From contig JAIVFI010000038.1 of assembly GCA_025558095.1 (NCBI GenBank), forward strand, positions 248,001 through 312,000: a stretch of DNA of 64,000 nucleotides. Direction: 5' to 3'. Numbering within the stretch: position 1 is the stretch's first letter; each line of letters begins with the position of its first letter. Origin of the DNA: Hyaloraphidium curvatum SAG 235-1. Its lineage: Eukaryota > Fungi > Monoblepharomycota. This document shows, in pieces, positions 11,602-23,964 of the stretch. Both the position numbers and the translations under genes were made by a program. Below the pieces are notes generated by a model. The model saw only the letters and a program-made list of their open reading frames with translations. It was not told the DNA's origin and searched no databases.

Positions 11602-13180
11602 ATGGCGGCCGCGGACGCCAAGGACGGCCCGCGCTGTCCCGTAACCGGAATGGGGCCTTCCGACGGGGCGGGCATGTGTCCCGCGTCCGGTTTCTCGAAC
11701 GTGGAGCGCTCGTTCGAGGTCGGTCCCGGAGCCTCCTTCCGCGTCTACAAATCTGCCGCGACGGGCAACGTGTTTGCCGCGCGGACCCTCGGGCAGCCGG
11801 CCGCGGACCTCTTCCTTTCGGAAGCGCCCACCAAGCGCGCGGTGGAAAGGCTCACCGCGGATTGGGACCTGGCAGACGTGATCGTCGGGGACGAATGGCT
11901 GCCCGAAGTTTTCGTGTGGTCACTGCTGCGCTTCGGCTACCTTGGAGGAGCGGGCGTGGTGCCGTCGCGCGTCGAGTCGGAGCTCGGCGCCTTTCTGGAC
12001 CTGTCGGGCGACATGATCTTCTACCTGAAGAGCGTCTGGCGCGGTGCCAAGGGTGCGATGTGCGTTTCGTCGACCACGGTCCTGTCGAGGATGTCCTCGG
12101 ACGTTGCGGCATCGGACGTCGGACCCAGCGGGAGCTTGATGCGGCAGCGGAGGGCAAACGGGGAAACGGATGCGGACGCCGACGCCGATGTGGAGAAGCT
12201 GGTTCCAGTTGCCATCGCCAACAAAGACCAGAAGACGCTGGTCCTGACGGGAGCCAGCCGGGGAATTGGGTCGGTGGTTCGACGTCGATTCTGGAGGCTC
12301 GACTGATCGTCCATTTGCTGCATTAGGCATTCAACCGTCAAGACTTTTGCAATGCACGGCTACAGGGTCATCACCGTCTCTCGCCACCCGTTTGATTCCA
12401 ATTGCCCTTGGCCGGGGGGAGCGAGAAATCACTTCCAGTGGGATCTGGGTCAGCTCGACGACGCCGACGAGAAGATCGCACAGCTTCGGCAACTCATCGG
12501 CACCGGCCGTGTGGAAGCCCTCGTTTGCAATGCCGGCATTTCGCCCAAAGGACCCGGGGGCTCTCGGTTGGGGGCACTGGCAACGGATCTCGAGACCTGG
12601 CACAGGGTGCTGAACGTGAACCTCGTGTCGACGGCGCTCCTGGTGCGGGGCTTGCGGGACGAGCTCATTGCTGCCAAGGGGTCGATCGTCATGGTGACCT
12701 CGATTGCCGGATCGCGCGTCCATCCCTTTGCCGGCGTTGCCTGTGGGTGTGATCCCGCTTCTGTGTCGCCGCCGCCTCACCGTTCCGGTAGACGCATCGA
12801 GCAAGGCTGCGCTCGCCGCGCTGACCCGCGAGATCGCCAAGGAGATGGCGCCGCATGCGGTTCGCTGCAATGCAATCTCGCCCGGCGAGATCGAGACTTC
12901 GATCCTTTCGCCGGGAACGGACGAGCTTGTTGCGGTGCGTTGAATGAATCGGCCAACAGAATTGTCTGCTGATCGTTACTCTTTCTGAGCAGCACGAAGT
13001 TCCCATGCGAAGGCTTGGACAGCCGTCGGAGGTCGCGGAGACGGTGCTTTGGCTCTGCTCGGAAAAGTCCTCTTACGGTGGGTGATCGGGATAGGCATTC
13101 TGTCGTCCAGCCGTATACTTATCTCGTCCGTCAAAGTCACGGGAGCGGAAATTCACGTCAACGGTGGTCAACACGTGTGA
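11602..13180 (+). CDS. FixR-like short-chain dehydrogenase/reductase with a ~190 aa N-terminal extension, multi-exon
   Basis: TGASRGIG, NAGISPK, VTSIAGSRVHPFAGVAY.SSKAAL, NAISPGEIET, VTGAEIHVNGGQHV*. Confidence 0.88.
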
Positions 13181-13481
13181 TTCTGGAAGGAGTGGAGCAC
13201 TTGGACGGTGGTGCAGATTCGTTTTCGAACAGCACGTCTATACAGGTACAGAGTTTCAGTTCAACGATTAGTATACAAGTGCCCTCAGTTCCGATGCCCA
13301 CAGTTTACATTTACAAAGTCGCCGTTGTCCGAGTGGTACAGTTAGGTGCGTGAGTTCCCATGAGTACAGTGCGGGTAGTGCGGGTAGTGAGGGATGGGCC
13401 TACGGCTCGCGAGCTCGCCTCCGTCCCTCCCTTTGGGCCTTCGGTGCCCCTCGGCCTTCAGTTCCGTCCGTCATCAACGAA

Positions 13482-14116
13482 TCAGGCCAGCGGTTCGTGC
13501 GCTTTCAAGTGCTGCTCGTCTACGATCGTTGCCCACCCCAAAACGTTGTCCAGATTGTCTTCTAGGGGTGCGTCGTCCTCGTGCGTGATCTCCTTGATGG
13601 ACCATGTTCCAAGTAAGCGTTCTCCGACCGAATCAGACTCGATCGCTTCCCTAGAGATGCTCCATCGCAAAACATCCACTTTCGGCACACTCGAATCTGT
13701 GGGTTCATCCATAGCAAGCACTACCTTGCACACAGCTTTCGGGGGCAGGCCATCCATATAGCGTTGGATCTCTACGCCGCCTCGCAGCAAAAACGGGCCC
13801 TTGGCTCGAGAAGAAGCTTGTTCCAGTAGATAGTCCTCGTACTCTTGGAACAGTGGGTCGTCACGAATGGCCATGCACTGAGTCTCGAGGTCTCCCAAAG
13901 CATTGAGCTCCCATATGTCGTCGGCTCTGAAGGCAATCAGGTTATCGTCCATCCGTGTTGCCTGCAAGTTCAATTGGATCAGCTTCCGGATCAAAGGCTA
14001 GCAAGGCACCGAAGCCAACGCACCAGCAGCTCAATGACGCCGCTTGGCTCGTCCATGATTTCATCCTCGTCTTCCTCGTCTTCTTCATCTCCCAGATCAA
14101 CATCCGAATCGTACAT
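13482..14116 (-). CDS. Hypothetical protein with an acidic segment; may have further upstream exons to ~14560
   Basis: ORFs 13991..14197 and 13482..13994 have protein-like composition and can be joined by a short intron. Confidence 0.35.
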
Positions 14117-14705
14117 GCCATCGTCGTCTCGAGCGGGTTCTTCTGCGGCAAGGCAGCGCGAGTGAGCTGACGAGACATCCCCGCGCAAGGCAGTCACGAA
14201 CCCCCGGAGTGGACCACCGCAACCCCGTGCGGCGATTCATGAAAACCGAGAAAGTCGTCTCCGAAGCCCGAGTCGCGAGGCGATGTGTCCGGACCGGGGT
14301 TCGTCGAGTTCCAGTTGCCCAGAAGGACCGCCGGCGTGCGCCCGACCTCGTGCGGCCCATCGCCGTCCAACGGCACTCCGGACTGGTCGAGCATGACGTT
14401 TTTGACCTCCATGCCGGAGGTGAAAGGCGGCAGAGACGTCGAATGCTGTCCTGCCGGGTCAGACGTCGCGTGAACCGACAGTTTTCCTCCCGTCAGCCAC
14501 TCCGGAGTCTGCCGGTATTCAGCCGAGGGAAACCCCCGGCAACGAGGCTTCCATGGCATCGCGAAAGTGACTCAATCATGTTGCAGCATCTTGATGGATC
14601 GATTGCCGTCCGTCTCTCGCTCTGTAGCTTCCGCGTCAACGCGAGCGCTACGTGGCTGGGAGACGCGCGATCGACGCCTGGCCCAAACATTGACATCGCT
14701 TCGCC

Positions 14706-15107
14706 ATGGCCGCCTCGTCCGCTCCTCCGGGCGGATCCGCTGCCTCACGCGTCGCTCCGACGCCGCCACCGCTCCCTCCCGTCAACCCCTACATGCCCGC
14801 CCTCCAGATCGTCACCCAGCACGAAGCGCTGACCCCCGAGGACGTCGCGCGCGGCTGCCACGTCCTGCGGTTCAAGCAGTTCGAATGCGACCTCTCCTCG
14901 ATCGAGAGCAACAGGATCGTGTGCTACGGGCTCTGGAGGGAGTACAAGAGGTGGGATCGGCGCGCGACGGCGCGTCCAGGTTGCTGGAACGGCGGTTCGG
15001 CCAGGTGCCCGGGCGAACCAAACAGGGAGATAACCAAGCCGATGGAGCGTTCCATCGGAGGCAGCAGGGCAAGGGCGGAAGCGCTGCGGCAGCAAGAAGG
15101 GACGTGA
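14706..15107 (+). CDS. Putative Som1-like subunit of the mitochondrial inner membrane peptidase
   Basis: Removing an in-frame intron (14951-15004) gives C.VL..KQFEC......IVC..LWR.YKRC.....EIT, matching the Som1 four-Cys pattern as recalled. Confidence 0.5.
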   Translation: MAASSAPPGGSAASRVAPTPPPLPPVNPYMPALQIVTQHEALTPEDVARGCHVLRFKQFECDLSSIESNRIVCYGLWREYKRWDRRATARPGCWNGGSARCPGEPNREITKPMERSIGGSRARAEALRQQEGT

Positions 15108-15530
15108 ATCTGGCGGACGACATTCGGCAACTGGACCATCAACATCAATGGAGGCGGAACGGAGCCGGCCCGGTCTTGGCAAAGCACCTTGCCATCGACT
15201 CTCCAACGCGGGGCAAATCTGTGATTGCCATGAGATTCGTTTCACGCCGCGTGACTCGGAGTCGACGCGTTGGACTGGATAGCACTGCAGGCTCCACGGG
15301 ATCCTGCCGTCTCGCGAAACGGCAAGCGGACTCACGCGCCCCAGGAAATGACCGCGTCGTTGCTCCACACCGGGACGAGAACGCGATGTCCGAATGATCA
15401 GATCATGTAGTAATGTTATCAGGTCGGCAATTCCACGCCACATTCCTTGAGTTGGATCTCCATGTCCGTCCCGCCGCCGCCATGAGGGAGCCGAAAGCAC
15501 CGAAGCCGCAGAGGCCGACAGCGAGAAGAA

Positions 15531-16804
15531 TCAAGCGTCCGCAGCCCACCCGTTGCTACACCAGGACGATCAACGTCAGCCGGCCGCCAGGACGCGCGCA
15601 GCGCGCAACCCACTTTTCCAGGAAGTGCTCTATCGCCTCCTTGAGCGCCAGGTTCGGCACCAGCTCCTTCTCCGTGAGCGCCCTCCTGCTCAGCGGGTCC
15701 CACGGCCCTATGTGCCTCAGGTGGTCCAGTATCTCGCTCCGGTCGTATGTGATCCCGCTCGGCGTCACAACGGGGTCGACCATGACGCCGAAGTGGATTT
15801 TGCCGAGGAAGGCGTCGGGTATCGCCGAGGAGGAGAGGGTCCGGCCGGGCTCGCGGTGCTGCGACGCCGCGTGGAAGGTGTTGTGCAGGGACGAGAGGTG
15901 CGTGTCCAAACTGCTGTGCAGGTCGTTGAGCGCGCGGCGGAGCTCGTCGCGGGCCGGGGAAGGGTCCTCGCCGGCGTCGCCGGCTGGCTCGGGCTCGTGG
16001 GGATGCCGCGCCTTCCATTGGTCCAGCACCCGCGCGACCTCGCGCTGCCGGTGGGACTCGATGAGGCCCACGAAGAAGGATTCGGCTGAGGTCTCCTCCC
16101 GGGTCAGCTTCCGGTCGTGCATGTCCCAGCGGCGCCGCCGGGCCTTGCGGAGCGCCTTCAGGACGTCCTCGAGGTACGGAACCTTGGCCTTTATGGCCAG
16201 ATCGTAGGCTGCACAACCAGACAATGGAGATCTGCTCAGATCGGGAGCCGGGCGGGCGGAAAGGGGCCACCCACCGATCGTCAGCTCGTCTACCGCCTCC
16301 GACATGGAACCCGTGATCTCGAGGCCCTCCTCCACCGTCTCCGACGACAGCACCTCCTCCATGGGCTCCGGCTCGCCCATCTCCCTGCGGATCTGCCTCT
16401 CCCGCTCCCTCATCCTCCTGTCTCGCTCGCGCTCCTCCTCGCGCTCGTTGCGCTCCCAGATCCCCTCTGTCAGGGCCATGCCCAGGTAGTAGTGCCCCTT
16501 GACGCCGTCCTTGTCCAGCTCGATGGCCTTGCGCGAATCCCGCGCGGCTTCCCCATAACGTTTCATCCTGGTGTAGCACAGCGCGCGGTTTGTGAAGTAC
16601 GAGGCGACCTGGCGGGGGACGGCGTGAGCACCGGCCGGCCGCATCGCCGCTCCAACGCCGCACCTTTGGATTGTTAATGATTGCGGTCGTATAGGCATTG
16701 ATCGCGCCGGCGTGGTCGCCTTTGCCGAACAGGGTGTTTCCGTGGGATTTCCAGTGCTCCGCCGCGACTTCCTGCGGCGTCGGCGCGGGCGCGGGCGGCG
16801 CCAT
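15531..16804 (-). CDS. STUB1: CHIP/STUB1 TPR + U-box E3 ubiquitin ligase, multi-exon
   Basis: TPRs (KSHGNTLF, YFTNRALCY, KGHYYLG) and U-box IPDAFLGKIHFGVMVDPVVTPSGITYDRSEILDHL...LVPNLALKEAI..FLEK|NGWA. Confidence 0.93.
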
Positions 16805-17002
16805 CGCGGCGGCGCGGGGTGCAAAGCGCGGCGATGCGCTACTGGCGGGGCATGCGCCGATGGCGGCGGGGCGGAGGGCCGAAGCGCGGAGGGAGCGGAG
16901 TCGAGATCTCCGCGGGCCGCCACCGCCCGCGTCGGATCACACTCCCGAAGGGAGACATCGGCCCCATCGCGCTTCCCAGCCCACCTTCTCCCGTCTGCAG
17001 CA

Positions 17003-19419
17003 ATGGCAGAGATCGATCTCAACAATGTCCCGCCCCCGAAAATGTCGATCGCGGACGCCAACGCGATCCTGACGGCCCCCGGCGGGCCGCTGGAGATGCA
17101 GGAGGAGATGATCCGCGGCCGGAAGCTAAGGACGTGGAAGAACGCGCTGCCCAACATGAGGGTGCTGTTTGAGAACACGCGGGCGTTCCCGCAGCTGGAC
17201 GTGGGTGCCATGCCTCCGGATGCCCGTTCTCGTCGGGCTGACGGCATCGTCGGCAGTACCTGGTCTACAGCAACCCCCTGAGGAACGAGGAGGTCCGCCT
17301 GACCTACGGCGGAGCGTTCGAGCAGGTCTGCCGGCTCGCGCACACCCTGAAGTACCGCTTCGGCGTCCAGAAGGGCGACAAGGTGGCGATCGCCAGCCGA
17401 AACAACATCGAGTGGTCCGTTGCCACCCTCGTTGCCGAAAGATCGCCATTTTGACGCCCCAATCCTTACACAGGATCCTTGTGTGGTGGGCCACGATCTG
17501 CATCGGTGCCGTCATCGTCCCCGTGAACGCGTGGCTGCTCGGCCCCGAGATGCAGTACTGCGTCGAGCTCGCGCAGTGCAAGCTGGTGTTTGCCGACGAC
17601 GAGCGCGTCGAGCGGCTGCTGCAGGTCGCGGATTCGCTCAAGAAGTCGGGGATGGAGCACCTGATCGTGACCAAGAACGACTCGGAGAAGGCGTTCCCGG
17701 GCGTGATTACCTGGGCCGACGTGATGGCAACCTACCCGCCCTTCTCCAAGTCCTCGCTCCCGGACGTCGAGATCCATCCCGACGACCCCTCGACGATCCT
17801 GTTCACGAGGTATGCCTGCCAATCGACACGCCACCCCACCGTCACCAATGACCCCTCCCGATTCCGATCGCCGCAGCGGCACCACCGGACGGCCCAAGGG
17901 CGCTTTAGGCACGCACCGCAACTACTGCACGAACCTCGTCAACATCACCGTCTCGGGCATGCGCGCCTTCCTGCGCAAAGGCGAGCCGATCCCCGCGCCC
18001 GACCCCACCCTGCCCAAGAAGGTCAACCTGCTCACCGTCCCGCTGTTCCACGTCACGGGATCGCACAGCATCCTCGGCGTGGCGACCGCCGCGGGCAACA
18101 AGATGATCATCATGTTGGTGCCGCGCCGCCGGTTCCCGGGGAAATCGATCGCCGACCCGCGGCCCGCAGGTACAAGTGGTCCGCCGAGGACGCCCTCCGC
18201 CTGATCCAGAAGCACCGCGTGACCAACATCTCGGGCGTCCCGTCGATGGTCTGGCAGCTGTCGGAGCACCCCGACGTGCCCAAGTACGACACCTCGTCCC
18301 TGGAGGGCTTCTTCTACGGCGGGGCGATGAGCGCCAGGGAGCTGCCGCTGCGGTTCACGGGGGTGTTCAGGAAGGCGCTGCCCGGGCAGGGATACGGTGG
18401 GATTCGCCGCGTGCGTGCTGAGCTGGTGGCGGCCCTGACGATCGCGGCCAGGCATGACCGAGACCTCGAGCGTGGCGGTGATGAACGCCGCCGAGGACTA
18501 CCTCCGCAAGCCGACCTCGGTCGGCGTGGGGATCCCCACCAACGACGTGGTGCTCGAGGACCCCGAGACCGGGGAAAGGTTCACGACCCCGGGGAGGAAG
18601 GGCGAGGTGCTCATCCGTGGTCCCAACATCGGTGCGTCCGCCAGCTGGGTCTCGGGGGAAGTGGATGCTGACGAGCGGGTGCCAGTGGTCGGGTACTACA
18701 GGAACGAGGAGGCGACCAAGGGCGCCATCACGCCCGACGGGTTCATGCGGACCGGGGACATCGGGGAGATGGACGACGAGGGGTTCATCTACATCAAGGA
18801 TCGGATCAAGGAGGTTCGTCGTGCCCCGATGGCCCCCGCCGGCAACGCCTAACGCTTTTCGCTGTCAGGTTGTTAACCGTGGAGGGGAGAAGAGTGCGTT
18901 TTCCGGTTCCGTTGGGGTGAGGGTCGGGGTTGGAGGCTGACGCCGTCCCGCGGCACCCGGCAGTTTTCACGATCGAGGTCGAGGAGATCCTCTACAAGCA
19001 CCCTGCGTGGGTTCTTCGTTCGATTGCGTCTTTCTCGTGGCGATCACTGATCGTGGACGATCTGCTCCCCCGCAGCGTCATGGACGCCGCCGTCTTCGGC
19101 GTCCCCGAAAAGGTGCTCGGCGAGGAGGTGGTCGCGGCGGTGCAGGTCAAGCCCGGCTTCGAGAAAACCACGGGCGACGAGATCCGGGAGCACGTGCGGC
19201 GCCATGCTGCGGCTTTCAAGGTGGCTTCGGCGCGCCCGCGGCCCTGACCGGAACTGACCGGACCGATCATACCTGCGGCAGGTGCCGATTTACGTTGCGG
19301 TGTCGACGGAGCCGCTCTTGAAGAACGCTAACGGGAAAGTTGTGAAAAACGAGCTCAGGAAGGAGGTGATGCCGACGATCGAGAAGATGAGGGCGGTGGC
19401 GGGCAAGTCGAGGCTGTGA
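17003..19419 (+). CDS. AMP-binding acyl-CoA synthetase, probably peroxisomal, many exons
   Basis: FT|SGTTGRPKG, PLFHVTG, QGYG|MTET, TGDIG, NRGGEK, NANGKVVK; ends in -SRL* (PTS1). Confidence 0.93.
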
Positions 19420-20202
19420 GGCGGCGCGGCCGTGGCCGCCGGCGCCGATCGGGAGGCGACGCTGACGGTGGCGAGGGGGCCGTCGGCGTCGATCGGGAGG
19501 CGAGGCTGATGGTGCTGAGGGGTGCAGGTCCAGATGGTGAAAGGGGCGTGGCGGTGCTACCGACGGCCAACGATTCGGCCCCGTTGCGCGATGCTGCGGC
19601 GTCCGGAACACCTCGACCGTCTGTAAAGATCGGAACAAAGCTGCAACATCGTCTTCGAGGGCCGGGGAGCGCGAAGTGGGGAGCGGCCGGCCGTAGGACC
19701 CCTGGAGCGGGGGATCACGTGCCCGCCGGCATCGCGGACAGCGCTGCCGGCGGCCATCGCAATCCGGGTGGTCTCGGCAGCAATGGCAGGTCCTGATCCG
19801 CCGCGATCTGGCTGGCGGCGCGGCCTTGGGGTGTCGGGATGTCGGACGGCGGCCGATATTGCGTATGGAGTCGCTGGATTGCCGGGAACGTCCGAAATGC
19901 CCGACGAAGCCGCCGATCGGCCGTGCGGGGCGCGCGGCTTGGCGAGGAAAGCCCTGCAAATGTATGCCGGTTGCCGGCGAGACGATCGCGAAGCCTTCCC
20001 CACCTGGGATGGGCTGGTCAAAAGTCTCATGAGACGTCGATTTCGGCGGGGCTGGCTGGCGCCGCCAGGGCCCGCAAACGCCCCCGCCTCGTCCCAACCT
20101 CTGGGAGTGGCGTTGCGCCGACGCCGAGAAAGGCAGCGCCGCGATGGCGGCGCAGTAGACGGCGCGCTGGCGTCGGCATCGCCTGAGAGGGCGCCGGGCG
20201 CC

Positions 20203-22260
20203 ATGGCGGACGGGCGGCCGGGCGCCGCGCGGGGCGGCGCGCACAGCGGGGCGGACTCGCCGCCGTCGCCGGCAAAGGGCGGCGCGGCCGGCGTGCGGCA
20301 GCTGCGGAGCCGCGCGGCGCCGCTGCCCGACCCGTCGCCGTCGCCGCCGCCGCTGCACCGCCTGTCACTCGCGGACCGCTCCTCGGGCGCCCCGTACGCC
20401 AGGCCGCCGTCGGCAGGCTCGGCGCGGAGCCCGCGGCACCCGCGGCCGCCCCGATCGGCGCCCAACACGCCGCTGGCGGCGCATCACGCCGGCAGCCCCC
20501 GCGGGGGCTCGCCCCCGGACACCGCACCGGCGCTGGCCGCCCCCAAGCCGATATCCTTCGCACCCAGCCCCGTGCGCCAGCCGCAGGACGACTTTGCGCC
20601 CTACGCCGACTGGCTCAAGCTCGAGCACCCCGACGGCGACGGCCCCGACCTGACGCTGGACACGCTGGGCGGCGGCATCATCCACGTCGACGACGATGCC
20701 TGGGGCGCTCGCTCGCCACTGGGGCGGCAGACCGACGCCGAGCCGTCCCAGGGCGCACTGGGCGCATCGTTCTTCGTGGGCCAGCCGTTCGACGACGCAG
20801 AGGGCGCAGGCAGCTCGATGGACGATTATCTGGTGGCCGACGCATCCGCCGACAACGACTCGGACGGATCGGACGGCATGGTCCGCTGGCAGGACATTTC
20901 CTGGGCATCCGAGCCCATCTTTGCATCGCCCCGCGGCCTGCCGTCCATCGCCGTTGCGGGCTCGCCCGACGCACAGGATGCCCCCGCATCACAGGGCGCG
21001 CAAGACCTGCTCGCCGGCCAGGGCCTGGCGCCCGCGGACCTGCACGACCGCCCGAGCCCGAGCCTTTCCAGCTCGACGTTCCAGCACGAGGCAAGCCCCA
21101 GCCTGACAAACACGAGCATAACCATGTCGGGCGAGGGCGCGGACGGGGAGCGCCCCGGCCAGGATGCGCAGGACAGCGATGCGAACGAGGGCCCGCCGAC
21201 GCCCCCGCGCACGACGACCCCCGCGGCCGTGCTTGCACCGGCTCCGGCCCTGGGCACCATCATGGCACGCCCGCTGCAGATGGAGGGCGCAACCTTCACG
21301 GTGTTGCCTGCACTGCCTGCCGGCACCCTGCCCCGGGGCGCCATCCCGGCGGGCGCGATTCCCGCCGGTCCGGGCATGAGCAAGCTGCCGCAAGCGCTCT
21401 TTCTGACCATGATTCCCGGGCCGGCTCCGGTGCTCGCGGGTTCGCCCGTCCTGGCCTCGCCGACGACAGTTCTCCCCGGGTCGCCAACCTCGTCTACCCC
21501 GCTGGGCATCGCGCATCACCCCTTGCTCTCGGCGACCCCGCTGCAGATCATTCGGCCGCTGTCTGCACAGCACGTGCAGCTCTCTGCGCACCACGTGCCC
21601 CTGTACCGCCCGGACGTCGTCCCCGCCCCGGTCTCGCGTGCCATGGGCAGCGCCCCCCCCTCCCCCTCCCTCACCCGCCCCGTCATCCCCCCTCCCTCCT
21701 CTGCATCTCTGGCCTCCATCTCCCCGCAGAAATCCCGCCCCGGCCCCATCAAGCAGTCCCGCTCCCTCCCCAACCTCGCCGTCCTCCCCTCCACCTCCCC
21801 CGCCAAGCCGCAGCGCTTCTTCTTCCACACCGCCTCGCCCGCCGCCCCGGTCTCGCCGACCGCCGGCTCGGCGTCGGCGGCGAGCAAGGGGCCCGTGAGC
21901 TACACCATCCTGCCGCCGTCGCTGCCCGCCAGCCCGCCCCGCGCGCCGCGGAGGCACATGCCCCCGGCGAGCCTGAGGGTGCTGGAGAGGTACTTTGCGA
22001 GGGAGCGCAACCCGGGGAGGGAGGAGAGGGAGAAGTTGGCGGCCAAGGTCGGGGCGGACCCCAGGCAGGTCGGGGTGTGGTTCCAGAGTGAGTTTCTGCA
22101 TTGCGCGCCGCGGATTGCCGACGATCGGGGGCTGATCCGGACGCGTCCTGCAGACCGCAGGGCAAAGGAACGGCGCGAGCTGACCCGCGGCGCCAACGCC
22201 TCGGAGGAGGAGCACGCCGAGGAGGGCGAGGGCGAGGACGGCGGGTCGCCGCCGAGCTGA
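20203..22260 (+). CDS. Homeodomain transcription factor (C-terminal homeodomain after a long disordered region)
   Basis: LERYFARERNPGREEREKLAAKVGADPRQVGVWFQ|NRRAKERR with an intron at ~22088-22152. Start uncertain. Confidence 0.88.
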   Translation: MADGRPGAARGGAHSGADSPPSPAKGGAAGVRQLRSRAAPLPDPSPSPPPLHRLSLADRSSGAPYARPPSAGSARSPRHPRPPRSAPNTPLAAHHAGSPRGGSPPDTAPALAAPKPISFAPSPVRQPQDDFAPYADWLKLEHPDGDGPDLTLDTLGGGIIHVDDDAWGARSPLGRQTDAEPSQGALGASFFVGQPFDDAEGAGSSMDDYLVADASADNDSDGSDGMVRWQDISWASEPIFASPRGLPSIAVAGSPDAQDAPASQGAQDLLAGQGLAPADLHDRPSPSLSSSTFQHEASPSLTNTSITMSGEGADGERPGQDAQDSDANEGPPTPPRTTTPAAVLAPAPALGTIMARPLQMEGATFTVLPALPAGTLPRGAIPAGAIPAGPGMSKLPQALFLTMIPGPAPVLAGSPVLASPTTVLPGSPTSSTPLGIAHHPLLSATPLQIIRPLSAQHVQLSAHHVPLYRPDVVPAPVSRAMGSAPPSPSLTRPVIPPPSSASLASISPQKSRPGPIKQSRSLPNLAVLPSTSPAKPQRFFFHTASPAAPVSPTAGSASAASKGPVSYTILPPSLPASPPRAPRRHMPPASLRVLERYFARERNPGREEREKLAAKVGADPRQVGVWFQSEFLHCAPRIADDRGLIRTRPADRRAKERRELTRGANASEEEHAEEGEGEDGGSPPS

Positions 22261-22697
22261 TCGCCTTCCCGCGCAAGCACGCGGGGAAGGAAGGAAAGAA
22301 GGAACGAGAGTGGAATACCATCGCCCCAACCGTGGGGCCGACAGTAGATGCGGCGCCGCCGGCGCGCGCAGTACGTTACGTGGCTTACGTGGCTTCTGTC
22401 TTATCTATCACTTCTGTCTCCTAGTCAATCTATCTGGTGGTCACGCATGGCGTTTGGGATCGGTCCTGTCCGGGCATGGCGTTGGAGGGTATTCGGATCG
22501 GAATTGGGCGTTGTGACACGGCCGGTGAGGGCTTTTGCATCGGAAGGCAGCGACACACTTTCGTTCACGAAACTCAAACCCTCACTACACGATCCCAAGC
22601 TCTACGATCATCGAACCAAACCTAAACTGCGTTCGATCAACATCCGAGTGTGAAGACGAGTCCAACCGTGCCAAAGGAAACCGCAGCCGAGCTCCAA

Positions 22698-23546
22698 TCA
22701 GAGGATGAAGGGGAAAAATTTGGCCGTCTTTGCCGCGTAAGCCTTGTACGCTTCGCCGTCTGATAATCCTCGTCAGCAAGGTACGGCGAGGTCGCATCGG
22801 ATACCCACACTTGGCCTCGTTGTGCTTTTCCTTGCCGGGGATGGCGGCCGTCAGGAAGTCGTAGCTGATAAACGCTATCCAGCCAAAGGCCAGCCAGCTG
22901 CGTGTGAGCAGCGCCATGCCAGATCTCCAGATCGCGTACGAGAAGTAGTTGAAGTTCTGCCACGGCCGATCAGCGCCAAGTCGGAACCCGGGAGCGACGA
23001 CGCCCACGGTGGAGTACGCAAAGAGCCCCCCGGTGTACGGTTTCCCGGCGTTCGCCTTGTCCTGCTTCCACCAGTGCCGCAGAACTTCCGACATGGTCTC
23101 GCCCACGGACCCGGCCACGAAAAGGCCGACGGCGAGGTTGTCCAGCGGGCCCCACGGTGCCGGGGTCCGCAGGGCCAGGAGGGCATTGGTGGAGTCGACG
23201 ACGGTGTTGAAGACGCTGACGCCGATTGCGTCGCCGACGGTGAACCTGTGCAATGGGCTCCAGGGGTCAATCTCATTCAGGGGTGGCTCCGGCTTTCAAC
23301 CCACTTTGTCACCAGCAGGTACCATACCCAGAAGACCTGCCGTGCAGCAGATACCGCGACCCCGGCGAGAACCGCGTCCTTGCGCGTCGCATCGACCGCG
23401 ACCGCGGGGAAGTTGAAGCGCGAGAGCAGGCTCTGCCCGCCGCCGTTCAGCAGCCAGTAGATGACCGCCGGACCGAGCGGCCGCGCGATCGTGAAGGCGA
23501 GCTGGCCGGAGAATTTGTCGCCCCTGCTGCGGTCGAGATCGGGCAT
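22698..23546 (-). CDS. DUF1295 / steroid 5-alpha-reductase-like membrane protein, multi-exon
   Basis: ETMSEVLRHWWK...NAGKPYTGGLF, NFNYFSY.IWR, YKAY..KTAKFFPFIL*. Confidence 0.8.
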
Positions 23547-23847
23547 GGCGATGCCGGGGGGAACAGACAAAGAGACAACGCGTGTCCGAAGTGGAGTGCT
23601 GTCCGCGATGCGCACGGGCTTCGACGGATCGACGGCAACAAAGACGGCCGACTCAAGCGCAGTTGCGCTGCTTCGATTCGGCCTGCTCCGTACGCGGGAA
23701 GGGCCGCAGACCGGAGCTTCGGCGGGGTCTATCACGCGTCGACTCGTCGGCGGTATACGGAGTTCGTCTCCGTCTCCCACACTCGACGCTCGAAGTGCTC
23801 GATGCATCACTCTGTATGCATATGTCAAAGTGCATGATGCTATCCTC

Positions 23848-23964
23848 CAATGCCTCTCCCTCCCTCCATCTGCGGCCGCCTCAAGCGAACGTGTTGGCCT
23901 CCTTCTGCAATGCTTCCCCTCCCTATCCGCGGCCGCCTCAAGCGAACGAGTTGGCCTCCTTCTG
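23848..23964. repeat. Imperfect tandem duplication (~57-60 bp x2) covering the stop codon of the adjacent gene
   Basis: caatgc...gcggccgcctcaagcgaacg(t/a)gttggcctccttctg occurs twice in a row. Confidence 0.9.

Noticed and set aside
13369-13395. gtgcgggta short tandem repeat
   Set aside because: Only 2-3 units in 3' UTR-like DNA; not a telomeric or CRISPR-like array.
19267-20200. Several overlapping ORFs between the acyl-CoA synthetase and the homeobox gene
   Set aside because: Low-complexity GC-rich frames with no consistent exon structure.
1191-23546. Possible lipid/sterol gene cluster (ERG9, ECH, SDR, acyl-CoA synthetase, DUF1295)
   Set aside because: The genes are interspersed with unrelated housekeeping genes, with no evidence of a coherent pathway or shared regulatory motif.
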